Part shown: in pieces, positions 8,960-19,166 of the stretch
Layout of the letters: each line of letters begins with the position of its first letter
How positions within the stretch are numbered: the first letter of the stretch is position 1
Assembly (NCBI GenBank): GCA_964517155.1
Contig: CAZFAZ010000042.1
Span: forward strand, 1 to 44,491
Reading direction: 5' to 3'
Source of the DNA: an uncultured Thermoplasmatales archaeon
GTDB taxonomy: Archaea; Thermoplasmatota; E2; DHVEG-1
Length of the DNA: 44,491 nt
Notes under the pieces: model-generated
Database searches by the model: none
Told to the model about the DNA's origin: nothing
The model's input: the letters and a program-made list of their open reading frames with translations, nothing else
Position numbers and translations under genes: made by a program

Positions 8960-10852
8960 CTAGTTTTCCATCTCAGCAAGTTGTTGCATTACTTGATCTA
9001 TTTCGCCCTGCAAGGAGTAAAAATGTATATCTTTTTCGTTTTCAAGATGCCCTTGTGCAAAAAGTGACCATAATGCACTTGTAGGATAGACGTTTGGCAT
9101 TGTATAAACTCTGACATCATAAGATCCATCTGCTGTTTTCTCTGTGTTTACATACAATCTAAATGAACAATCTGCGTTTTTAACATAAGATAGACTTGAT
9201 AGTTCGTTAAGGTATTCATTAGTTAAATTTTCATCATATATCCAGCCTTTTAACTGAACACCTTGATATTCATTTACAAATTCAACATCCTCAAATGTTT
9301 CATCTATTGGTTCTTCATAGGCAAATGAGTCTATCTTAAAAGTAGGTAAATATAGGTAATCCCAATCGTTCTGGTCATAAGATTCATCATTACTTCCATC
9401 TGAATAATCAAATAGATTTTTATCTCTCCAGATGTAATTATAGTTCATAATGCTGTGATATTGTTCTAAATATTTCTCATATTCGTCATCTGGCATATTA
9501 GGATATCTGCTTCCAACAGGGTCCATTATATCTACACCAGCGAAGGTCCATGGCATTAATCCCATTGAATGCCCCATTTCATGTAAAACACCTTTTGCTA
9601 CAGTCACACGCATCATTCTTTGTGAAAAAACATACCTTTTAAGTGAAGGAAGAGGAAAACCATTACCGACCAAGATAGTATCATAATAGTTATATTCACT
9701 TGGAATGTTGTATCCTAATGTATTTGCAACGATTAAATATCTAAAAATTCCTTTTCTCTCATCAGCAAAATTATGTCTATAAAAACCTAGAATTTGCCCT
9801 TGAGTCTGATCAAATTCATTAATGAAAGGCAACATTTCACCACCACCATTCACCGGACCATCATCCCAACCGTCATCAATATAAACATTAATACCATGCT
9901 GAGCAAAACGCTCAATAATCATCTGTTGAGACTCTTTAAAGAAAATATGTTTTGAATCAAATAAACCTTTACTTTCCATACCATCTGCTTCAATATAAAA
10001 ATCAGGTTGATAAGGATCAGCAAAATATTTTCTCATCTGATATTCCTGAAGATTACTAAGTCCATCAACATCAGGATCAAGGTTTTTATGATCATCATAA
10101 GTAAATGGATCATAACCCCATTTCCATTCCCATGCTGTTGGAATGCCATCATTATCCGGATCTAGCTCCCTATCATCAGCTGTTGGATCAGATCCAAGAA
10201 CATTTACCTCAACCCAGTATGGAATACCATCATGATCAAAATCAGCTTGATATACATTAAACCAAACTTCATAATATTCCCCAAGATAATGACCATACCC
10301 ATCACTATCCCTAAAATTATCATCACCAGACCAACGACCTGTACGGAAGTTATAAATAACTTCAATTTCTTCTTTTACAACATCATTTGATTTACGACCA
10401 AGAAATCCAGTTGGAACTTTTTCAACAATAGAGATGCTCACATCAGACTCCTCTACCTCCTCACCAACATAATAATTCACCTTAGTCTCTAAACCTATAT
10501 TATCCCACATATTAAAAGTACCACTAGAACCAAGACCGACATAACCAAGACTATCACAAATCTTGCCATCAACATCAATAATCCAATAAAAACTTGGGGT
10601 GCTCTTCCAACTATTACCTAAAACAAGCATCTTATCCATAAGACCACGATTACGAATCCTTAAAACTTCAACAGTTATACCTTGATTAATATCAGGACTA
10701 ATGCGATTGTCAAACTTTTTTTCAGGTTCAGTTTCTTTGGTTTCTTCTTCTGTTTTTGTATATTCTACATATGCAATTAATCCGGCAGTAACAAGACAAG
10801 CCGCCACTAATATTACAACACCAATATATATATTATTTTTTTTGTTCAACAT
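8960..10852 (-). CDS. Membrane-anchored putative zinc metallopeptidase with Ca-binding DxDxDG repeats
   Basis: N-terminal TM helix; repeats DFDHDGIP, DPDNDGIP and DPDVDGLS; HEMGHSMGL zinc motif and SIMNY Met-turn. Start taken as ATG 10852, after a GGGG SD-like run. Confidence 0.65.
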   Translation of the reverse strand: MLNKKNNIYIGVVILVAACLVTAGLIAYVEYTKTEEETKETEPEKKFDNRISPDINQGITVEVLRIRNRGLMDKMLVLGNSWKSTPSFYWIIDVDGKICDSLGYVGLGSSGTFNMWDNIGLETKVNYYVGEEVEESDVSISIVEKVPTGFLGRKSNDVVKEEIEVIYNFRTGRWSGDDNFRDSDGYGHYLGEYYEVWFNVYQADFDHDGIPYWVEVNVLGSDPTADDRELDPDNDGIPTAWEWKWGYDPFTYDDHKNLDPDVDGLSNLQEYQMRKYFADPYQPDFYIEADGMESKGLFDSKHIFFKESQQMIIERFAQHGINVYIDDGWDDGPVNGGGEMLPFINEFDQTQGQILGFYRHNFADERKGIFRYLIVANTLGYNIPSEYNYYDTILVGNGFPLPSLKRYVFSQRMMRVTVAKGVLHEMGHSMGLMPWTFAGVDIMDPVGSRYPNMPDDEYEKYLEQYHSIMNYNYIWRDKNLFDYSDGSNDESYDQNDWDYLYLPTFKIDSFAYEEPIDETFEDVEFVNEYQGVQLKGWIYDENLTNEYLNELSSLSYVKNADCSFRLYVNTEKTADGSYDVRVYTMPNVYPTSALWSLFAQGHLENEKDIHFYSLQGEIDQVMQQLAEMEN

Positions 10853-11007
10853 TATTCCCCCATATCTATAGGTTTTCATTAACAATATTGTTTTATCATC
10901 TATATAAATATTTCTGACTATAAATATTTTATATTTCATATTATAATGTTTTTTACTCAAATAGAAAGTTAACAGTTGTTAATAAATAGATATTTCTAAA
11001 ATAAAAA

Positions 11008-11904
11008 CTAACATAATACAACAACAGAATGCAGGACAACCTCATTCAAAGAAACGTCCAAACCAAACTCTAAACCTTTTCTAACAATAAAACCATTAAT
11101 ACTATCAATTTCAATTTTACGACCTTTTTGAATACTTTGAAACATGGACGAAAAATTATCACATGTATCAATAATAACTTCCCTAGTTAAATCAAGCATA
11201 GCCTCATAGGAAAGAAAAAAACCTGACGCTCTAGCAACAAGAGTAGACTCATGACAAATTCGCTCCATAATCTTTTCTAAAACAGGATTTTTTAGAATAT
11301 AGCCATTTTTACATCTAAAAAAACAAGTTAAAGGATTAATACTAGAATTTACAATTGCCTTGGCCCAAATATCAGATACAACATCATCAGAAAGAGTTGT
11401 TTTGATACCAGATTTATTAAATAAATCAACAAATCTTTCTTCAACAGAAGTGCTTTTTACAATACCGCCTATTTTTGTTTTACCAACACCAGTATGCTTG
11501 ACAACGCCTGGTTTAAAAAAAACAGAGCCGTGTGTTGTAATACAAACAAAAAGTTTCTTTTTGTCTACAAATTTTTCTATTTTTTCGATATTGTCCAAAC
11601 CATTCTGCAAAGACATAACAAATGTATCTTCACTCATGACTTTTTTAATTTCACATGCTGCTTTTTCTGTATCATAAGACTTAACAGAAATGATGATAAG
11701 ATCTGGTGAAAAAGAAATATCTTTAACCGTTTCAAATGCAGAAACTTTCACAGTAGCCTTTGTTTTACCTTTTATTTTAAGACCATTTTTTCTAATCGCC
11801 TCAACATGGTCTTTTCTACCAACTAAGACAACATTATTGTTTTTAGCAAGAATTCCTCCGAACAAAGAACCGATTGCACCTGCACCAAAAACGACGATGT
11901 TCAT
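11008..11904 (-). CDS. panE: 2-dehydropantoate 2-reductase
   Basis: Motifs GAGAIGS, VKSYD, SLQNG, WAKAIVNSSINP, SSMFQ and EIDSING. Confidence 0.9.
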   Translation of the reverse strand: MNIVVFGAGAIGSLFGGILAKNNNVVLVGRKDHVEAIRKNGLKIKGKTKATVKVSAFETVKDISFSPDLIIISVKSYDTEKAACEIKKVMSEDTFVMSLQNGLDNIEKIEKFVDKKKLFVCITTHGSVFFKPGVVKHTGVGKTKIGGIVKSTSVEERFVDLFNKSGIKTTLSDDVVSDIWAKAIVNSSINPLTCFFRCKNGYILKNPVLEKIMERICHESTLVARASGFFLSYEAMLDLTREVIIDTCDNFSSMFQSIQKGRKIEIDSINGFIVRKGLEFGLDVSLNEVVLHSVVVLC

Positions 11905-12827
11905 TTTTTAATACCCAGCTCCAAGCATTTATTTTGTATCTCTTCAGACGTCATCGCAATTAAAGGAGTTAGAACAGGTATTTTTATTTGCTCATTTAAC
12001 AATTTAAGTTCAGAAATAACATCAAAAGAACTATCATAAAAACTATGACCTGTGACAAGTGCAACACATTTTTTTATAGCCGCCACATCATTAATATTTT
12101 TATACATTGTTTCTTTGTTATCAAAAATAACTATTTCTTTATCTGAATACCATTCGTCAATAAAACTATTTAGCACCTCCGCTAGTGAGCCACCAGAATC
12201 CAAAAAAACCACACTGCATCCTCTCCGCATAACATACCATGCAGCTAAAATAGAATCTAAACTATTGATAAAAACCAGAATTTTCCCTTGCGTTCTGAGA
12301 GGCAAACCTCCATTACAACGGATTTTTTTTGTAAACAAGTAAGCATTTTCATCGCGTATTTCAATAAATAACTCCACATTAGGATCTGTTAGATTAACAT
12401 TAGCTTCTGTTGCAATAACTATATCATTACCTACTTTAACTGCAACATCTTGACTTGAAAAACTATGCGTACCTGTTCTTTCAACTCTTAAAGCAAAGCT
12501 TTTATCTTTGTTTAATTCTTCTTTTGAAATATCAACAGCAAACTTGGAAATAAATGGTATTTCACTAATTGTTTTCACTGCAGGACTTATGGAAGTGATA
12601 CCAAAGATTTTTTTTAGAATATTAATGCTTTCATTTATTTGATCTGTAAAAACATAAATTCTGCCTCTTTTCATTTTTACTTCAAAAGAAATATTTCTTG
12701 TTTTCAATGCATTTCTAATGTTATTTATTAAAGTATTTTCAAAATGTTTACGAGTCTTTGATGCTTTTAAACCAAGTTCCCCATATCTAACAATTATCAG
12801 CTCAGCTTTCACAAATGCATAATTCAT
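11901..12827 (-). CDS. ThiI-like THUMP-domain protein with a degenerate PP-loop
   Basis: IVRYGELGLK N-terminus, THUMP domain (SFALRVER...VNLTDP...IEIR) and GGLPLRTQGK. The PP-loop reads INSLDS instead of SGGxDS. Confidence 0.75.
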   Translation of the reverse strand: MNYAFVKAELIIVRYGELGLKASKTRKHFENTLINNIRNALKTRNISFEVKMKRGRIYVFTDQINESINILKKIFGITSISPAVKTISEIPFISKFAVDISKEELNKDKSFALRVERTGTHSFSSQDVAVKVGNDIVIATEANVNLTDPNVELFIEIRDENAYLFTKKIRCNGGLPLRTQGKILVFINSLDSILAAWYVMRRGCSVVFLDSGGSLAEVLNSFIDEWYSDKEIVIFDNKETMYKNINDVAAIKKCVALVTGHSFYDSSFDVISELKLLNEQIKIPVLTPLIAMTSEEIQNKCLELGIKK

Positions 12828-13062
12828 ATATTGTTACATTAATATTTGGTAAAATAAAAACTCTGGAAGTTACTTCATTTTTAAAAGTTTTCTGTATTCT
12901 TTGGCTCTGCCATTAAAATAAGGAGAAATAGTGAATTTAAGGGCAATGTTGAGAATTTAGTGTCAAAAAAAAGATTTTAAGGAGATACTTACTTTTAGGG
13001 ACAAAACCCAAGCAATGAAAAAATATTTATACTATTAATATATAAAATATGATATAAACTTT

Positions 13063-15372
13063 ATGATTAAAAATAATAGCATGCTGGGAGTTTTAATCGT
13101 TGTTCTCATTCTGATACCAAATTATTTTATTGTAGAAACTGTAAACTCTTCAAGCCCAGATATAAATGAAAATAGATGTGGCAAAGGTTTTAGATATAAT
13201 ATTCAAGGATGGGTCTACCTACATGTGGAAGGGGAACCCTGGGAAAGAGGATACCAATATGCATATCTGGCATCTGACGAAATAATGGATATGATGCACC
13301 GCTGGAGTAATCTTGGACATAACTTTGGCTTTATGAAGATTTTTATCAAAAAAAATCAACCTAAAAACTATTACCAAATATCGGAGCAATGGTGGAACAT
13401 ATGCAGATCTGAATCTATAAAAAAATTTTTTACACAAGTTCCAAATGAATATATACAAGAAATGCAAGGCATGACAGAAGGATTAAAAGACAAAAATGCA
13501 AAAATCTTTGACAGAGAAATTGAATTTGAAGATGTCTTTGCACTACAATTTGTTCAAGATGTACAATACACCTTAGCCAAATTTCATAAAGGAATACACC
13601 CGATAAAAGACATATTACACGGATTAAAAGAAATAGCATCTAAAGATATATTAAAAAACGAGGGCCACTGTAACGCTTTTATTGCAACAGGGGATGCAAC
13701 AACCAATGGAGAAATTGTTGTTGCACATGCAACAATATTTTCAAGGTACATAGCTCAAAGATGTAACTTCATTGTAGATATACAACCATCAGAAGGATAT
13801 CGGTTTATGATGACCTCACCACCTGGTTCACTTTGGAGCCAAGAAGATTGGTACCAAAATGACCAAGGAATAATCCTCACCGAAACAGAAACAATACCAC
13901 AAGGCCCCTGGAATATTAAAGACACTATCCCTAAAGGCGTAAGATCCAGAAAAGCCATCCAATACTCAGATAGCATTGATGCAGTAATTAAAAACCTTGC
14001 ATACAAAAACAACGGCCTTATACCAAACGAATGGCTTATAGGCGACAAAAAAACAGGTGAAATTGCTTCATACCATCAAGCATTATATAATACGCCAATA
14101 AAAAGAACATTTAATGGATATTATCATTCAAATTGTTTAGCACATGACGCAAATGTGCTCTCAGAGCTTACAGGCGTACCACAGAGTATACTAAAAATTT
14201 ATTCAAAACTTTCTGCAAAAAATGGTTATTTTTACATTCAAGATGATAAAGTAATTTGGAAAGATGAAGTATATCAAAAACTAAAAGAATTTGGAGAGAA
14301 ATATTACGGTAAAATCGATATAAATACGGCTAAAGAGATTATGACCACATACCCGATTACCGATCGTACCACTGATTGTAAAATCACTACATCTGAATTA
14401 ATGAAAAACTTTGGGATGATTGTTCATATTGGAAGCACAGATGGCTTACTTTGGACTCCTTCGAATGAAGAACAGGAAAAATATAAAGGAATAACTGAGT
14501 TGATTCCTAATGGATGGTTAGAAATTTATCCAATCATCTCAAAAGTAAAAAATTTACTGCCTGAAAAAAAAGCAGATTTAAATAAAGTAAATACTGCAAT
14601 AATTTTAAATGAATATACAACTACAAAAAAAGAAGAAAAACAGATAGAATCAAATACAATATATGAAAATATAAAAATTCAGATTGATTATGATAAAATA
14701 ATCTTGACAGATATCGAAGACAAAAAAGAAATATTTATCTGTCAAACAAATGGAAAAATAAGTTCCAAACCAAAAATAGATGAAAGTACCATATATCTAG
14801 GATCATGGGACGGCAATATATATGCATATGACCTTAAAACCGGAAAAATAAAATGGAAATATCAAACAGGATGGGGAGTTGTTACAACACCTGCAATATC
14901 TGAAGATATACTTTTTGCAGGCAGTCTTGATAACAATTTTTATGCAGTTGACAAGCACACTGGTGATTTAATATGGCATTTTACTTGTAATGCTGCGATT
15001 CATTCCTCTCCAATAGTTTACGCAGACTATGTATTCTTCGGATGTGATGATGGCCGACTATACGCTCTTGATAAATTAAATGGAGATTGTCATTGGATTT
15101 TTTCACCAGAATACACAATAGATGATAATGACGTTAATAATTATATTACAACACCCATCACCGCAGATCCCTACATACAAAATGGGCTGATTCATATAGA
15201 CATTAAAGAAAAAACCTTTACCTTAGATCCTCAAACATATGAAGAAAAAACAGATATGTTTAAAGATAAAGAGCATTTGTTTAAAAATTATGGTTTTATA
15301 TCTATAATACCAGGCTTTATTCTCCTAACACTTTCGATATGTTTTTATCTATATTCCACTAAGAAAAAATAA
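13063..15372 (+). CDS. Secreted Ntn-hydrolase (C45 peptidase / phospholipase B-like) fused to PQQ-type beta-propeller repeats, with a PGF-CTERM-like anchor
   Basis: Signal peptide; GWVYLHVEGEPWERGYQ; GHCNAFIATG (Cys nucleophile); repeats GSWDGNIYAYD, GSLDNNFYAVD and GCDDGRLYALD; C-terminal PGF plus TM plus KKK. Confidence 0.7.
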   Translation: MIKNNSMLGVLIVVLILIPNYFIVETVNSSSPDINENRCGKGFRYNIQGWVYLHVEGEPWERGYQYAYLASDEIMDMMHRWSNLGHNFGFMKIFIKKNQPKNYYQISEQWWNICRSESIKKFFTQVPNEYIQEMQGMTEGLKDKNAKIFDREIEFEDVFALQFVQDVQYTLAKFHKGIHPIKDILHGLKEIASKDILKNEGHCNAFIATGDATTNGEIVVAHATIFSRYIAQRCNFIVDIQPSEGYRFMMTSPPGSLWSQEDWYQNDQGIILTETETIPQGPWNIKDTIPKGVRSRKAIQYSDSIDAVIKNLAYKNNGLIPNEWLIGDKKTGEIASYHQALYNTPIKRTFNGYYHSNCLAHDANVLSELTGVPQSILKIYSKLSAKNGYFYIQDDKVIWKDEVYQKLKEFGEKYYGKIDINTAKEIMTTYPITDRTTDCKITTSELMKNFGMIVHIGSTDGLLWTPSNEEQEKYKGITELIPNGWLEIYPIISKVKNLLPEKKADLNKVNTAIILNEYTTTKKEEKQIESNTIYENIKIQIDYDKIILTDIEDKKEIFICQTNGKISSKPKIDESTIYLGSWDGNIYAYDLKTGKIKWKYQTGWGVVTTPAISEDILFAGSLDNNFYAVDKHTGDLIWHFTCNAAIHSSPIVYADYVFFGCDDGRLYALDKLNGDCHWIFSPEYTIDDNDVNNYITTPITADPYIQNGLIHIDIKEKTFTLDPQTYEEKTDMFKDKEHLFKNYGFISIIPGFILLTLSICFYLYSTKKK

Positions 15373-15431
15373 AAGAGGAAAAAAAATAAATAAATTTATT
15401 AGGTACTATTATAATATATAAATAATAAAAA

Positions 15432-16931
15432 TTGTGCGAAGGTGCTAAAATAGCTGAAAAAAAAGAACAGTGGGATTCAAGATTTATATTCATAATGGCT
15501 GCAATTGGCTCAGCTGTAGGCCTTGGAAACGTCTGGCGATTTCCATATGTATGCTATCAAAACGGAGGAGGAGCTTTTTTAATACCATATTTTGTCGCGT
15601 TATTTACTGCAGGAATACCTCTTCTGATACTAGAATTCTCAGTTGGACACTGGGCGCGAAAAGCACCTCCTGAAGCATTTAAAAAAATCGGGAAAAAATA
15701 TGAGATAGCTGGCTGGGCAAGTGTACTAATGCCGTTTACTGTTGCCATATATTACATAGTAATCATGGCCTGGTGTTTTGCATATATGGTATATGCAGTA
15801 AATATTCGCTGGGGTAACACTGCTGATGTTTTTTTTAAAAATTTTTTGGGCGACACAGGCAACCCTGTAATATTTGGTAGTTTTAGCATACCTATACTTT
15901 TAGGGCTTATTGCAATATGGCTAACTGTTTTTCTAATACTGTACAAAGGTGTAAAAAGAATTGGAAAAGTTGTTGCATTAACTGTTCCAATACCAACAAT
16001 TCTTCTGATAATCTTAACCGTAAGAGGGTTAACACTACCCGGAGCCGTTGAAGGAATTAGTTATTATTTAACACCAAATTTCTCAAGTCTTTTAGATATA
16101 AATGTCTGGCTTGCCGCATACGCACAGGTATTTTTCTCAATTGGCGTTGCACAGGGCATAATGATAACTTATGCAAGCTTTTTAAAGAAAAAATCAGATA
16201 TAAACAACAATGCATTCATAATCGCCCTTGCTGATGCAGGAACTAGTTTTCTTGCAGGATTTACAGTATTTAGTGTTGTAGGATATCTTGCGTATACACA
16301 AGGGATAGGAATCGAAGCACTAGGCCAACAAATCGCAGGGCCAAATCTAACATTTGTAACCTATCCTACTGCAATTTCATTACTGCCATTTGCAGCAGCC
16401 TTTTTTGGAGTAATATTTTTTATAGCACTCCTAACGTTTGGAATTGATTCAGCGTTTTCAATGCTTGAACCGATGGCCTCAAGCCTTAATGATAAATTCA
16501 AAATTACAAAAGGAAAAGCAACAGCAATATTATGCATAATAGGTTTTAGCCTAAGTCTTTTTTTTACAATGGGAAATGGACTAAAATTAGTAGACCTTTT
16601 TGATCATTTCATAGCAAACTTTGGACTTTTAACAATTGGACTGATAGAATGTTTAATCTTAGGCTGGATGTATTCAACTGTAAAACTTAGGAAGCATGCA
16701 AATTCTTCTTCAGATATTAAAATAGGACGATGGTGGGATATATTAATTAAGTTTGTAATACCTAGTATTTTATCATTAATACTGATATTGTCTGTAATTG
16801 AAAACATTTCAAAACCATATATGGACTACCCCTGGTGGTTACTCTTAATCTTTGGTTTAGTTCCAATCATAATATTATTTGTTTTTGCGTTTATTTTAAC
16901 AAAAACAAAAAGTAAAGAGGTGAACGCCTAA
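15432..16931 (+). CDS. Sodium-dependent transporter, NSS/SNF family (probably an amino acid transporter)
   Basis: Motifs AIGSAVGLGNVWRFPY, GGGAFLIPY, QVFFS and GIDS. The start is uncertain (TTG 15432 or ATA 15450). Confidence 0.93.
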   Translation: MCEGAKIAEKKEQWDSRFIFIMAAIGSAVGLGNVWRFPYVCYQNGGGAFLIPYFVALFTAGIPLLILEFSVGHWARKAPPEAFKKIGKKYEIAGWASVLMPFTVAIYYIVIMAWCFAYMVYAVNIRWGNTADVFFKNFLGDTGNPVIFGSFSIPILLGLIAIWLTVFLILYKGVKRIGKVVALTVPIPTILLIILTVRGLTLPGAVEGISYYLTPNFSSLLDINVWLAAYAQVFFSIGVAQGIMITYASFLKKKSDINNNAFIIALADAGTSFLAGFTVFSVVGYLAYTQGIGIEALGQQIAGPNLTFVTYPTAISLLPFAAAFFGVIFFIALLTFGIDSAFSMLEPMASSLNDKFKITKGKATAILCIIGFSLSLFFTMGNGLKLVDLFDHFIANFGLLTIGLIECLILGWMYSTVKLRKHANSSSDIKIGRWWDILIKFVIPSILSLILILSVIENISKPYMDYPWWLLLIFGLVPIIILFVFAFILTKTKSKEVNA

Positions 16932-16932
16932 A

Positions 16933-17028
16933 ATGCTACCAGTTTCAGCAATTATCATGTTTATATTTGGTGCTACAATATGTTATGGCGGCCTTGCATA
17001 TTTTATTTATAGGGCAATAAAAAAATAG
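16933..17028 (+). CDS. MetS-family small subunit of the NSS transporter (31 aa)
   Basis: MLPVSAIIMFIFGATICYGGLAYFIYRAIKK begins 1 nt after the NSS stop, with GAGGTGA upstream. It matches the SAIIM...(W/Y)GGL single-TM pattern. Missed by the ORF track. Confidence 0.8.
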   Translation: MLPVSAIIMFIFGATICYGGLAYFIYRAIKK

Positions 17029-17031
17029 AGT

Positions 17032-17805
17032 TTAGTATCGGCCATTTGGTAAAAATATTTTACTTTCCAATTTATCCAACTCAGTTAAGTGCTTATCATC
17101 TACTTCGAACTCAAAATCATAAAAGATATCTTTTAAAATAAGCGGCTCTGCTGCAGCTACTCCAAAATCAATACGTTTTTTAGGATTATTCAAAGCATTA
17201 ATTATTTCATCTTGAGTTATTTTATCACATCCTACTTTTTCAACCGCAGAAATAATTCGTCTTATCTGATTCCAAAGAAAATTTTGTGCAAAAAAATCAA
17301 TTACTAAAAACCTACCAGATTTGCTAACTACAATATTATCAATTACACGAACAGGATTCTTACCAGTTTCAACTCTTGCAAAATTAGAAAAATCATGCTC
17401 ACCTGTAAAAAAAGAAAGCGTTTTTACTATTTTTTCAAAATCAAGAGCTGTAACATCTAAATAATAACTGTACTGTCTAAGATTTGCATATCTTGGATAA
17501 AAATCATCATCAACGATTTTGAAAGCATAAAACAATATCTCCTTGCATTCTTTGTTTAAACTATCAAGCATTTCTTTTTTAAAATTTTTAGTATTAAATG
17601 CAACGACACTACCAAGTGATGAAACACCTTTATCTGTTCTACTTGCTGAGCGGAAAATTGATTCTTTAGTGTTTTTTATTAACTTGTTTTTTTTAAGAAT
17701 GTTTATTATTTCTTCTTCTACTGTTTTTAAATTTGGTTGGCGTGCATAACCATAAAAGTTTTTACCATTATATGCAAACTTTAAAGCAACTCTCATTACA
17801 AACAT
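17032..17805 (-). CDS. truA: tRNA pseudouridine(38-40) synthase
   Basis: Motifs YNGKNFYG, ASRTDKGV (catalytic Asp), GEHDFSNF and FLWNQIR. Confidence 0.92.
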   Translation of the reverse strand: MFVMRVALKFAYNGKNFYGYARQPNLKTVEEEIINILKKNKLIKNTKESIFRSASRTDKGVSSLGSVVAFNTKNFKKEMLDSLNKECKEILFYAFKIVDDDFYPRYANLRQYSYYLDVTALDFEKIVKTLSFFTGEHDFSNFARVETGKNPVRVIDNIVVSKSGRFLVIDFFAQNFLWNQIRRIISAVEKVGCDKITQDEIINALNNPKKRIDFGVAAAEPLILKDIFYDFEFEVDDKHLTELDKLESKIFLPNGRY

Positions 17806-17854
17806 ACATAGGATAATTCTTTAAAAAGATAAAACATACAGCTAATACATTAAT

Positions 17855-19144
17855 ATGACAAGAAAAAAATTAATTGAAGATAAATTAAAAAAAGCAAAAA
17901 TTCAAACTGGTGACAAAATAAGAATAGCATCTAAAAAAATGACAAAAGAAGGCTTTCTTATGCCTCATCATCAATTCAGCGATGAGAAAATTATTACAAT
18001 TAAACTTGATAACGGATACAATATTGGTATAGCAGTTGATAAAGACACAAAAATTACTTTAGTTGAAAAAAATAAACAATCTATCAAAAAAACAAAGGAA
18101 ATACCTTTTGATAAAAACAAACCAACAATTTCCATTATTGGAACTGGTGGAACAATAGCCTGTTATGTTGATTATAGAACAGGTGCTGTTCATCCTGCAA
18201 GCTCTGCCAAAGACCTTGCTTTTGCAGTACCTGAAATTTTTGATATATGTAATGTTAAAACCCAGGTTGCTTTTCAAATATTAAGTGAAAATTTTGAAGT
18301 AAAAAACTGGCAGAAACTTGCAAATATCGTTGCAGAAGAATTAAATTCTGGTGCAAAAGGAGTAATTATTCCACATGGAACAGATACATTGGGTTATACT
18401 GCAGCAGCACTTTCATTTATGCTTAAAAATCTTACAGGACCTGTGGTTCTTGTTGGTGCACAAAGAAGTAGTGATAGACCCTCAAGTGACGCTGAGTTAA
18501 ATCTTTTATCCGCAGCGATTGTTGCATCAAAATCAGATATTGGTGAAGTAGTAGCAGTAATGCATCATGAAATGTCTGATACATGTAATGCTATCCATCG
18601 TGGCACAAAGGTTCGTAAGTTTCATACCAGCCGTCGTGACGCATTTAAAACAGTAAATGAAGAAGTAATTGGTTTTGTTGAAAATAAAGAAATAAAACTA
18701 AATACCTCATATAATAAAAAATCCAAAGGTAAAGTTGTTGTTGATGATAAAATGCAAACAGATGTTGCAATGATTTATGTATATCCAGGTATTGAGCCAC
18801 AAGATATACCTCAAAAAAAAGGAATTGTTTTTGTTGGTACCGGTCTTGGCCATATCCCTGAAAAAATTATTCCAAGAATAAAAGAATTAAGAGATAAGGG
18901 AACTGTTTTTGCAATGACTTCACAGTGTATATTTGGAAGAATTAATATGAGTGTTTATTCAACTGGTCGAGATCTATTAAAAGCAGGTGTTATATCCTGT
19001 AAAGATATGCTTGCTGAAACTGCGTATGTAAAGCTTATGTGGGCACTAGGCCATAGTAAAAAACATGATGAAGTAGAAGAAATCATGAGAAAAAATATAG
19101 CTGGTGAAATATCTACACGTACTCGAAGTGATGTATTCTTATAA
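17855..19144 (+). CDS. gatD: Glu-tRNA(Gln) amidotransferase subunit D
   Basis: KLDNGYNIG N-terminal domain, plus TGGTIA, HGTDT, GAQRSSDRPSSD and HTSRRDAF. Confidence 0.95.
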   Translation: MTRKKLIEDKLKKAKIQTGDKIRIASKKMTKEGFLMPHHQFSDEKIITIKLDNGYNIGIAVDKDTKITLVEKNKQSIKKTKEIPFDKNKPTISIIGTGGTIACYVDYRTGAVHPASSAKDLAFAVPEIFDICNVKTQVAFQILSENFEVKNWQKLANIVAEELNSGAKGVIIPHGTDTLGYTAAALSFMLKNLTGPVVLVGAQRSSDRPSSDAELNLLSAAIVASKSDIGEVVAVMHHEMSDTCNAIHRGTKVRKFHTSRRDAFKTVNEEVIGFVENKEIKLNTSYNKKSKGKVVVDDKMQTDVAMIYVYPGIEPQDIPQKKGIVFVGTGLGHIPEKIIPRIKELRDKGTVFAMTSQCIFGRINMSVYSTGRDLLKAGVISCKDMLAETAYVKLMWALGHSKKHDEVEEIMRKNIAGEISTRTRSDVFL

Positions 19145-19166
19145 AAAAAAAGAAAAAAATGTTTGT

